IMG/VR virus record: IMGVR_UViG_3300035698_005065
Direction: 5' to 3' (one strand)
DNA: 64,000 bases
DNA from: an uncultured virus (IMG/VR IMGVR_UViG_3300035698_005065)
Lineage: Duplodnaviria; Heunggongvirae; Uroviricota; Caudoviricetes
Made by a program: the position numbers and the translations under genes. Below the pieces are notes generated by a model. That model was not told the origin of the DNA. It did not search any database and was given only the letters and a program-made list of their open reading frames with translations. Of this stretch, positions 35,586-43,914 are shown piece by piece (position 1 is the stretch's first letter; each line of letters starts with the position of its first letter).

Positions 35586-37568
35586 ATGTTCAAGAAGGCT
35601 AGCAGCTCGGAAGATCTCTCAACTACGGAGAGTATTATGGGTAGGATTTACCGAGAAGAGCCGTCTTACTGGCCCTACGGACTTGCGAGGGATCAGTTCG
35701 ATCCGGGCGGTCTCTACCTGATATCTAAGGCGGCAGGCGCGGAGCCCGTAGGCTTCGTCGGGTGGCAGTCCCGACAAGAGGGGGATAGAAAAGTGGGGTA
35801 TTACGCCATCGGAGTTCTGCCGGAACACCGAGAGCAGGGCTTCGCTAAGCAGGCCGTGGCGCAAGTCCTACGCTGCAAGTCGGGCGAGGTCGACGAGGTC
35901 CGCGCGCTGATCGCGGCGCACAACGCCCCGAGCAAGAGTCTGGCCGCCTCCCTATCGATCCCGGTGATCGAGAAGGTGGCCATGACGGGGGGCGCCGCCA
36001 AAGCCTTGAAAGGGTGGGCGCGCACCCGGCATAACGCGGGGACAGCAGGGGCGCTCGGGTTAGGCGCCGCCGGTACCGTCGCATTCTACGATCAAGCCAA
36101 CGACGCCAGTCGGACTGTTGATAGCACCTTGGACCCTTCTGGGTGGGATAAAGAGAGATCTTTGATTGGAGGCCTGAACGCCGCGATCGGCGCAAGCGCG
36201 GGATACGCAGCTGCGCGGCACGGCAAGGCCGGTATTTTGTCGAGCTTGGGAGCATTCGCCCTCGCACCAGCTAAAGACGCTCTGATAAAAGGGCAGTCCA
36301 CGATGCACAAGATCGATAACGTGTCTGAGTCTCTCGTCGACTACATAGACGCTAGAAAAAAAGATGAAGCGAACGCCGCGCCTGCCTTGCCTGAATCCAA
36401 CCTGTGGGACAAAATCCCTAAGGGTCTTCTTCTCGGTGCGGGCGGCCTAGGCCTGGGAGCTCTCGCCATCGCAGCCTACAAGGCCAAGAAGAATTCTGAT
36501 AACCAGGAGAAGGCGATCGCCGAGAGCGGTAAAGGTAGAGTCCGCGTGACCCTCCCAACCAAGAACCCGGGGGACGTCGAGACTCAGCTGGAAATACCTA
36601 TTGAGGAGATCAACCTGTCCAACGCACTTCGCGGGCGCATCGGCCGCGACACTCGACGACGCTTGCTTTCGGAAACCAAGGCCCGCACAAAAACCCGAAA
36701 ACCCGAGGACCCCGACAACCCTAACGAGAGGGAAGAGGAGGACCTGGACATTGACCGAGAGCACCAACAACTCTCCAAGGTCGCGTCCTTCAAAAACGGC
36801 GTCGAGACGATCTACGCCGAGAAGGCGGGAATGGCTCCCCCTCCTCCCCCGAACACCGGCGTCCCCACTCCTCCCATACCGGGACAGAACCCTGCTATGC
36901 GCCAAGCAACAGCCAACTCCATGCCTCCTTCGACGGGCGCTAATCCGCAGATCATGAAAGCCGAGCAGGCAGCTACGGAAGCTCAGCAACAGGGGGCGCA
37001 GCAGGCGGCCGCCATGGAGCAGCAGTCTCAGCAGGCGCAAATGGAGCAACAGCAGAAGTTCCAAATGGAGCTCGGAAAAAAGACGCAGGAAAACGAGATC
37101 CTGAAGATCCAGATGGAGCGACAGAAGGCCGAGGCCGACCTAGCCAAGCAGAAGGGAGAGCTGAGTGCTGAGGCGTCAGGGGGCGAAGCGACAGCTGTCC
37201 AGCGTCTGACTAGTTCGCGCCTAGACAGGCTGCACAAGCGCGTCAAGTCGGCGAGTCCTGCCGCGCCCGCGCCAGGACTCGCGCCAACCCCAGGCATAAA
37301 GGTTCTTAAGCCAGGCGCTGGTCAGCGGGTCAACGATAGCCCGATGGTTACGAAGTTATTCGCGTCGCCGGGCGCCTACCGGACCTCTTACGGGAAGATG
37401 GGAGACTGGATATACGACACGCTGTTTCGCACGGGCGCCATGGCTCCCAAGGCGCAGCCTTCCACGTTACCCCGGGGTCCAGGTATGATGGGAAGTGCGA
37501 TGACCGCCGTCGACGTCATGAATTCTCCCGATCAGCTTCGAGCTTTGTCGTCCCTTTACGCACGATAA
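35586..37568 (+). CDS. GNAT acetyltransferase domain fused to Gly-rich helices and Gln-rich coiled coil
   Basis: IGVLPEHREQGFAKQAV acetyl-CoA motif A and HNAPSKSLA; modules separated by KKAS, EKVA, KVAS, KSAS. Confidence 0.7.
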   Translation: MFKKASSSEDLSTTESIMGRIYREEPSYWPYGLARDQFDPGGLYLISKAAGAEPVGFVGWQSRQEGDRKVGYYAIGVLPEHREQGFAKQAVAQVLRCKSGEVDEVRALIAAHNAPSKSLAASLSIPVIEKVAMTGGAAKALKGWARTRHNAGTAGALGLGAAGTVAFYDQANDASRTVDSTLDPSGWDKERSLIGGLNAAIGASAGYAAARHGKAGILSSLGAFALAPAKDALIKGQSTMHKIDNVSESLVDYIDARKKDEANAAPALPESNLWDKIPKGLLLGAGGLGLGALAIAAYKAKKNSDNQEKAIAESGKGRVRVTLPTKNPGDVETQLEIPIEEINLSNALRGRIGRDTRRRLLSETKARTKTRKPEDPDNPNEREEEDLDIDREHQQLSKVASFKNGVETIYAEKAGMAPPPPPNTGVPTPPIPGQNPAMRQATANSMPPSTGANPQIMKAEQAATEAQQQGAQQAAAMEQQSQQAQMEQQQKFQMELGKKTQENEILKIQMERQKAEADLAKQKGELSAEASGGEATAVQRLTSSRLDRLHKRVKSASPAAPAPGLAPTPGIKVLKPGAGQRVNDSPMVTKLFASPGAYRTSYGKMGDWIYDTLFRTGAMAPKAQPSTLPRGPGMMGSAMTAVDVMNSPDQLRALSSLYAR

Positions 37569-37569
37569 C

Positions 37570-39483
37570 ATGCACGTAGTAAGGAACAACAGACTCGAGG
37601 AAATCCCCGACGACGACGAAGATGTCGACTACGAGTTGGAAGACCCGTCTCGTCAGTATGGGACGCACACCAACAGTATCCCGCTTCAGTCCGCTGTGCA
37701 GGCTCCCCGCTTGTTTTACGGAGGGAGATTCGCGAACCAGGCTCATGCTATCGAGGGAGGGGAGGCACCGCTCGTGCAGAACCTTGACCCCAGCGACCCA
37801 GAAGGTCGGAGCTTCGATGACATACTCGGGGAAAAGATGGGAATTCAGCGCGCCAAGCGAGCTGGTAGGATCACCGCGGTGTCTCCTGACAGCGTGTCGG
37901 TGCAATACGATGACGGGGAGGCGGGAGAGTTGGGCCTATACAACAATTTCTCGTTCAACCAAAAATCGGGCATCACTTCTCGAGTGCTTCTCAAGGAGGG
38001 TGACAGCTTCGAACCTGGGCAGATGATCGCCGCGTCTAGCTACACCGACGACAACGGCACCATGAACATGGGACTGAACGCGCGCATCGGCCTCGTTCCT
38101 TGGAAGGGTTTTAGCATGGACGACGCCATCCCCATCTCGGAGAGCTTCGCCAAGCGCATGGCTGGGGTGCACTACAAGGTGATGAAGCAGGACTTTTCGG
38201 ACAACCTCAAGACTGGGCTAACCCACTACCGGGGACTTTTCGCGTCTAGGTTTACGAAGGACAAGCTCACCAACTTCGATGAGGATGGACTCGTAAAGCC
38301 TGGCACGATCCTGGACCCCGGGGACCCAGTCATGTTAGCCACCATGCCCCGGACTATGTCCAGCGCTGGAGCGAACGTCGGCAAGCTTAACCGGGCGCAG
38401 CGTCAGTCTAGGCGTGACGCTTCTCAGACGTGGGACGGGCATCAACCCGCAGAGGTTGTTTCCGCGCGAAAAACCAAGAACGGCCTCAAGGTGGTCCTGC
38501 GATACGTGAAGCCGACGGAGGTTGGTGACAAGCTGGTCCTGCGGCAGGGCGCTAAGTCGACCGTGTCTCGCATTATACCAGACGCCCAGATGCCGCACAC
38601 TGAGGACGGGAAGCCTCTAGACGCCCTCCTAAACCCGCTCTCTTTGGTTTCGAGGGCCAACCCAGCGTCGCAGCACGAGATACGCCTCGGTAAAATCGCG
38701 GCGCTGCTTGGTAAGCCTTTGAAGATCCCGTCCTACTTACCGAAGGGTCAGTCTTGGAACGATTACATTTCCCAGCTCGAAGACCAGCACGGTGTCACTT
38801 CAAAAGAGCGCGTGTTTGACCCAGAGTCGCAGCGCTTTTTGGCTAACCCCGTGACCGTCGGTAACGCCTTCATCAACAAGCTTCACCACACTTCCGCAGG
38901 TAAGTTGAGTATGCGGGGTTCCGGGAGTTACGACGCGAACGAGCAACCTTCACGCGGCGGCGGTGAGAACGCAGGAGCTAAGAGATTCTCCGGACTGGAG
39001 AACTTTGCGGCACTGTCGTCTGGAGCTTACGCACTCCTGAGAGAGAACTCCACCCTTCGAGGGCAGCGCAATGACCAGTATTGGCGAGACCTTAGATCCG
39101 GCAAGCCCACGAAGGCACCGGGGTCTCCTTTCGTGTGGGACAAATTCCAGGCGATTCTATCTGGGGCTGGCATAAACCCCCGGGAGGTCAGCAAGGGCCG
39201 CTTTCGCCTGGCACCCTTTACCGACAAAGACCTCGACGCGCACAATCCTATCGAAGTAAAGAACGGGGAACTCGTGGACCTCAAGACTTTGGGATCAGTG
39301 GACGGCGGACTCTTCGATAAGCGCATCGTAAGCGGCGAGAGTTGGGGTCGTATAAAGCTCCCCCGACCGGTGATCAACCCGGCAATGGAAGACGCCGTGC
39401 GTAACTTGCTAGGCCTGACTAAGAATCAGCTCGGCGATGTCCTCGCTGGTAGGTTAGGGCTGGCTGAGGCTACTCAAAAATAG
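37570..39483 (+). CDS. RNA polymerase beta C-terminal half fused to beta-prime N-terminal segment
   Basis: VPWKGFSMDDAI, VGDKL..GAKSTVS..MP..DGKPLDALLNPL..SR, KLHH..QPSRGG..KRFSGLE; then beta-prime-like EVKNGE..DGGLFD..GRIKLPRPV. Confidence 0.9.
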   Translation: MHVVRNNRLEEIPDDDEDVDYELEDPSRQYGTHTNSIPLQSAVQAPRLFYGGRFANQAHAIEGGEAPLVQNLDPSDPEGRSFDDILGEKMGIQRAKRAGRITAVSPDSVSVQYDDGEAGELGLYNNFSFNQKSGITSRVLLKEGDSFEPGQMIAASSYTDDNGTMNMGLNARIGLVPWKGFSMDDAIPISESFAKRMAGVHYKVMKQDFSDNLKTGLTHYRGLFASRFTKDKLTNFDEDGLVKPGTILDPGDPVMLATMPRTMSSAGANVGKLNRAQRQSRRDASQTWDGHQPAEVVSARKTKNGLKVVLRYVKPTEVGDKLVLRQGAKSTVSRIIPDAQMPHTEDGKPLDALLNPLSLVSRANPASQHEIRLGKIAALLGKPLKIPSYLPKGQSWNDYISQLEDQHGVTSKERVFDPESQRFLANPVTVGNAFINKLHHTSAGKLSMRGSGSYDANEQPSRGGGENAGAKRFSGLENFAALSSGAYALLRENSTLRGQRNDQYWRDLRSGKPTKAPGSPFVWDKFQAILSGAGINPREVSKGRFRLAPFTDKDLDAHNPIEVKNGELVDLKTLGSVDGGLFDKRIVSGESWGRIKLPRPVINPAMEDAVRNLLGLTKNQLGDVLAGRLGLAEATQK

Positions 39484-39485
39484 AC

Positions 39486-39522
39486 TTGCCTGGTTCGCGC
39501 ATCCTGCTAACCTCACGACATG
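39486..39522 (+). promoter_or_regulatory. sigma70-like promoter, likely leaderless
   Basis: TTGCCT-N16-TAACCT (with extended TG)-6 nt-ATG. Confidence 0.5.
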
Positions 39523-39726
39523 ACAGACTCTGATTTTCAAGCCATCGTTGGCGCCACCGTCCGCTCTGGAATCGCCGTCTTTGAGAAGTCGGCCAGCGCT
39601 AACGCTGAGCAATCCGACATTCTCGGAAAGACTTGGCCCTCCGAAGGGGAAAATCTTACGAAGAAGGCGCAGCTCAGCCGCATCCTCGCTACCGGACACA
39701 TGGTCGAGGAATCCTCCAACGGATAA
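39520..39726 (+). CDS. small protein with EKSA/KKA motifs
   Basis: own promoter and downstream terminator. Confidence 0.6.
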   Translation: MTDSDFQAIVGATVRSGIAVFEKSASANAEQSDILGKTWPSEGENLTKKAQLSRILATGHMVEESSNG

Positions 39727-39750
39727 ACTCGCTCATAATCAAATTCAAGC

Positions 39751-39782
39751 AAAGGCGGCTCTCCAAGTGGGGGCCGCTTTTT
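39751..39782 (+). terminator. rho-independent terminator
   Basis: GCGGCTCTCC-AAGT-GGGGGCCGCTTTTT. Confidence 0.65.
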
Positions 39783-39802
39783 GCGTTAAAAATAATAATA
39801 AA

Positions 39803-40372
39803 ATGGAAGAATATTACTACATCGGCGTGGACAACGGCGTGTCCGGATCCATCGCGGTCGTCGACTCTAGAGGTCGCATGATCTTCTACGGGCCGACTCC
39901 CGTGGAGCCGCGACAGACTTACACCAAGTCGACTGACTCCATCAGGCGCCTCATGCCCCATAAGTTTGCCGAGATTCTACGACCTTACGTCGGTAACGCG
40001 GTATTGGTGCTGGAGAGGCCTGCGACCGGCCCGCACATGGGGTGGAAGGCTATCCAGAGTAGTGTTCGGTGCGACGAGGCTCAGAACGTCGTAATGGAGG
40101 TTCTGGGAATTAAGTTCGAGTATGTGGACTCCAAGACGTGGCAGAAAGTTATGCTCCCACCTCCTAAATCTGTCCCTCGAGCTAGCAAGGGGGCCACGCC
40201 AGCAGAGAAGAAGGCCTTAGACGCGAGGCGTAAGGATGTTAAGAAGCAGACCAAGATCTCGTCTCTAGAGATCGGACGCCGACTGTTCCCTAAGCAGGAC
40301 TTCGGAAACACCAAGGCGTCAGACGCTGATGCAGCCCTTATCGCCGAATGGGCCCGACTCAACAAACGATAA
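39803..40372 (+). CDS. RuvC-like Holliday junction resolvase
   Basis: YIGVDNGVSGSIA, LVLER, WQK, DADAALIA. Confidence 0.75.
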   Translation: MEEYYYIGVDNGVSGSIAVVDSRGRMIFYGPTPVEPRQTYTKSTDSIRRLMPHKFAEILRPYVGNAVLVLERPATGPHMGWKAIQSSVRCDEAQNVVMEVLGIKFEYVDSKTWQKVMLPPPKSVPRASKGATPAEKKALDARRKDVKKQTKISSLEIGRRLFPKQDFGNTKASDADAALIAEWARLNKR

Positions 40373-40381
40373 TTACCAACC

Positions 40382-40723
40382 ATGAAAACTCCCACATCGA
40401 TCAACCCCAACGCAGCAGACATCATAGCGCAGCTGGAGGCTATTGTTGGACCTTCCCGTATTCGCGCGGCAGCTATGAACGCGCACGAGTTTCTCGCCGA
40501 CCTTCTTCAGGGCAGCGTTCATTATCAGGAAGAGGTCTTGTCCAGATTCACGATACCGTTCATCGCCCAGCTAGATCTGGACGACGACGCGCACCTAGCG
40601 GCCGGCGTCGCCGCCGCCTCGCATATTCAAGATATGCGCGAAACGCAGGAACGACGAACGGCTTCGGAGCACGTCACGGCCATCAATGAGCACCTGTCTG
40701 CCTTGTATCAGGCTGACTGGTAA
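40382..40723 (+). CDS. hypothetical protein
   Basis: 113-aa ORF followed by terminator. Confidence 0.65.
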   Translation: MKTPTSINPNAADIIAQLEAIVGPSRIRAAAMNAHEFLADLLQGSVHYQEEVLSRFTIPFIAQLDLDDDAHLAAGVAAASHIQDMRETQERRTASEHVTAINEHLSALYQADW

Positions 40724-40746
40724 ACGGCGCAGGCCACACAAACACC

Positions 40747-40780
40747 AAGGGTGCCGGGAGCGAGTCTCCCGGCACCCTTT
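40747..40780 (+). terminator. rho-independent terminator
   Basis: AAGGGTGCCGGGAG-loop-CTCCCGGCACCCTTT. Confidence 0.7.
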
Positions 40781-40798
40781 CTATTTCGACGAAAAAAT

Positions 40799-41290
40799 AT
40801 GAAAATCTTAAAGTTACACTCAAAATCAACTCCAGGGAACCTCCTCCATGAGGATTTCACGGGTATTAAATCCTCCCACGCGTCGCTGAAATTATACGCC
40901 GAGCAGCTGGATATCATCTGCGCAATTCACGGCGGCGTCGGTATCGCCGCTAACCAGTTAGGTATGCGCGAGAATTTCTTCTTCGTGGTGAAGGGGTCCA
41001 ATTTCAAATACAAGGCCCAGAGCAAGCCAAGTGCTCATTTCTTCATAAACCCGACGTGGGAGGCCCTCCCTAAGACGGAGATGGTCGAGGAGATTGAAGG
41101 GTGCCTATCCTTGCCGGGCCGCCGGTTCTACGTGAAGCGTCCCTACCGCATCGTCGCAAGCTGGACCAACGTGGTAGGTCACAGAATATCAGGCGCTGTC
41201 CTGCACGGGGCATCTGCTCGAATCTTTCAGCATGAGCATGACCATTTACGGGGGGTCACTCTCGAACAATCCAGCACAAAAGAAATATGA
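40799..41290 (+). CDS. def: peptide deformylase
   Basis: GVGIAANQLG, EGCLSLP, QHEHDHLRG. Confidence 0.95.
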   Translation: MKILKLHSKSTPGNLLHEDFTGIKSSHASLKLYAEQLDIICAIHGGVGIAANQLGMRENFFFVVKGSNFKYKAQSKPSAHFFINPTWEALPKTEMVEEIEGCLSLPGRRFYVKRPYRIVASWTNVVGHRISGAVLHGASARIFQHEHDHLRGVTLEQSSTKEI

Positions 41291-41670
41291 AAATCGACCA
41301 AATAAGTTTTTCGGGTTATCTCTCGCACCTCGCTGGAGAGGCGGGAGCGACCGAACCGATAATCCGCGAGCAATTACCCGCGGGTGTGATTTTATTCGTC
41401 GACCCCCGCACGGGACGGAGGTGGACCTTAGATCTAGCGATGCACCTTACATCTTGCGAGGATACACCAGACGATGACGCTTTCGATCAAGGCCTCGCGC
41501 TGGAGGAGGGTTGGTGTATCATGAGTTCCGAGGACGGCAAGCAAATCGAGAGGGATGACGAAGCCACCCATTTCAGGTGCGACTCCGACGCCGAGGACCA
41601 CGTCAATCGCGTCGCTCGTGCTGGGTCTTACTATCACCAACAAGCACTGCGCATCGCAAACCATGATTAA
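41287..41670 (+). CDS. hypothetical protein
   Basis: ATGA-coupled ORF. Confidence 0.65.
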   Translation: MKIDQISFSGYLSHLAGEAGATEPIIREQLPAGVILFVDPRTGRRWTLDLAMHLTSCEDTPDDDAFDQGLALEEGWCIMSSEDGKQIERDDEATHFRCDSDAEDHVNRVARAGSYYHQQALRIANHD

Positions 41671-42283
41671 AGTCACCATATCCGAGTGGGAGGGCGGCGT
41701 AGAGACGGTCATACAGAAAGTCGACATGCACCAAGTCCCCGCCGTTGGTCAGCGAGTATCGTTGCACCCGATTGCAGGACCGTCCGCGCCGGAAAAGTTC
41801 TTTTTCGAAGTCGTCTCGGTCGAGCACCAAGTGGGCACACTCCTGCCTGACCACTCTGCTGTGGTCTACGTGAGGGAGGTAATGCCGATGCTGACACTGC
41901 CGCGAAAAATCTACCCCGTGATGCTTTGGTTCAATGGGGTCAGTGCTGATACCAACATGCTGTATGGATACGTCGACGACGACGCGAGTTTCCTACTTCT
42001 GCGCGAAGTCGCGGCGGAATACGAGTCGCGCGTGGGTTTGCAAGATCCCATACCTTTTTCGAGAGCGCAGGAAACGATAGAGTCGCACGAGGGACGCGTC
42101 GTCTTGGGGTATTGGACACCCCTTCAGGTGTCGGCGCGCTACCTACCCATTACGCACTTCTACTCCTCTATGGACGCAGGGACGCGCGAAGCCCTCCTCA
42201 ATTCCGTGCGGCCGGCATGGCTTGACGTCGGGGAGATTCTCAAAAACGCCGACGAACGAACACTACCCCAAATAAACGAATGA
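41663..42283 (+). CDS. hypothetical protein
   Basis: overlapping coupled ORF. Confidence 0.6.
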   Translation: MIKVTISEWEGGVETVIQKVDMHQVPAVGQRVSLHPIAGPSAPEKFFFEVVSVEHQVGTLLPDHSAVVYVREVMPMLTLPRKIYPVMLWFNGVSADTNMLYGYVDDDASFLLLREVAAEYESRVGLQDPIPFSRAQETIESHEGRVVLGYWTPLQVSARYLPITHFYSSMDAGTREALLNSVRPAWLDVGEILKNADERTLPQINE

Positions 42284-42810
42284 GTAGAATTATAGAATAC
42301 CACCCAGACCTGAAAGTAGGCGGAGTCACCGTAAAAAAGAGAGCCGCCCGCGCCAATCTACTCCTGAGCGCCTACGCCCGGGAGGTAGGCGTTGATACGC
42401 TGCGTGCTTGCATTACGGACTTACTAACCGACGTAATCCACCTAAGCCGATCCACCGGAGTGTCTGAAATCCTAGGGATTGCGAGGGCGGCAGTAGGACA
42501 CGCGCGGTATGAGTCCGACTTGCGTAACCACGAAGGTGATACTCCCCCGCCGCCTTTCGTCGTGAATCCCGAGGCGTTCCCCATTAAGACGCGCTACTAC
42601 GTGGTGAGTGGGCACTTACCTCATGAAGACGATTACACGTGCGTCGTGGAGCTCGACGAGGACGAAGAGCGTGACGCTTGGAGTTACTTCGTAGAAGAGG
42701 TCCTGTTCGGGGGAGGCCCGCCGCATGGGTGGGCGGACGAGTCAGACCCTCCCGCGGTAGTCCACTCCTGCGTCATCGAAATCCCGGGCCCTCCCTTATC
42801 TTATGAGTGA
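42280..42810 (+). CDS. hypothetical protein
   Basis: ATGA-coupled ORF; ITDLLTDVIH helix. Confidence 0.65.
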   Translation: MSRIIEYHPDLKVGGVTVKKRAARANLLLSAYAREVGVDTLRACITDLLTDVIHLSRSTGVSEILGIARAAVGHARYESDLRNHEGDTPPPPFVVNPEAFPIKTRYYVVSGHLPHEDDYTCVVELDEDEERDAWSYFVEEVLFGGGPPHGWADESDPPAVVHSCVIEIPGPPLSYE

Positions 42811-42909
42811 GAGACGCGCAGCGCCCTTAGGGACGAAAGTTCCCCACCTACCTACCTAAAAAATCGACGACCCAATCAGACTAGTAAGACAATTAAACCT
42901 ATAATCAAT

Positions 42910-43158
42910 ATGAACGAACAATTATCACAACGCGAGTATTCTCGCCTCAAGTCTCGACTAACCCGAGCTAAGAACGCACTTGCCAGATCGCCCCAAGAGC
43001 ACAAAGCGACGCAGGCTGCCAAGGTGGTCGCCGAAGTCGACTACGCCCTCACCGTCTTCGACGCGCGAGGATACCCTGACCAATGGCATGACTGGGAGCG
43101 CAGCAAAGAAGATGCTCAGCTGACTGAACGCCGCGCTAAATCCGGACTACCTGTTTAA
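42910..43158 (+). CDS. hypothetical protein
   Basis: RLKSRLTRAK..GYPDQWHDWER. Confidence 0.65.
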   Translation: MNEQLSQREYSRLKSRLTRAKNALARSPQEHKATQAAKVVAEVDYALTVFDARGYPDQWHDWERSKEDAQLTERRAKSGLPV

Positions 43159-43159
43159 C

Positions 43160-43912
43160 GTGATCCGCAAGAATATGGAAATAGTGAAAAGAGGGGACTC
43201 CCGAATGACACTTGATTTCGGAGATGAGCCGGCGGCCTACATACTTTGGGACTCCGGAGTTTTAGAGGCCTTCGATTCCGATGAAGACGTCGCGGACAGC
43301 CTCGAGGAGGTGGAGACGCACGGCGGCAGCGGGGTAGTTCACGACCTCAAGAGCGCCCTGCTATCTCTGGGAGATCGGCTCGGCATTAAGATAGCCCCGG
43401 GCAGATCGGACCGAAAGGTCCCCGCGCAAGTGCAAGGGGTGGTGTCGATGTGCGTCAGCACTGGGGAGTGGCCTGCGGACGTCAAAGGTGGCAGCCAGGA
43501 GTGGGTTGCTGAGTTCGCTGGGTCCTCCGTCTACATGTGGCTCCACAGGGGTAAGTTCTTCACCGTCTCCGGTAAGGACGCGCACGAAATCGACATCTCC
43601 GACATTTCAGGATACCTGCGGGATTACTCGATCGCAGCAACCCGACCGGCGAGCGTCTATCGAGCTGAGATGCGCCTCAACATGGGCGACGTTGAGATTT
43701 ACTACGACGGTTACTTCTGGGAAAAATCTGCAGCCGAGGAATACATTAAGGAGTCCGCCCGCAAGGCCTGGGCACGCGTGAGTCCCCACGATCCGGCGTT
43801 TCCTCGCGACGACAAATCCTTTGAGGTATTCTGGAGAGCCGCAGGAGACGCCTTCCTAAAACACCACGGTGCGTCGATATCGCGCCAATTAAGAACCATC
43901 ACACCATTGTAA
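43160..43912 (+). CDS. hypothetical protein (start uncertain)
   Basis: 250-aa ORF in operon. Confidence 0.6.
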   Translation: MIRKNMEIVKRGDSRMTLDFGDEPAAYILWDSGVLEAFDSDEDVADSLEEVETHGGSGVVHDLKSALLSLGDRLGIKIAPGRSDRKVPAQVQGVVSMCVSTGEWPADVKGGSQEWVAEFAGSSVYMWLHRGKFFTVSGKDAHEIDISDISGYLRDYSIAATRPASVYRAEMRLNMGDVEIYYDGYFWEKSAAEEYIKESARKAWARVSPHDPAFPRDDKSFEVFWRAAGDAFLKHHGASISRQLRTITPL

Positions 43913-43914
43913 AT

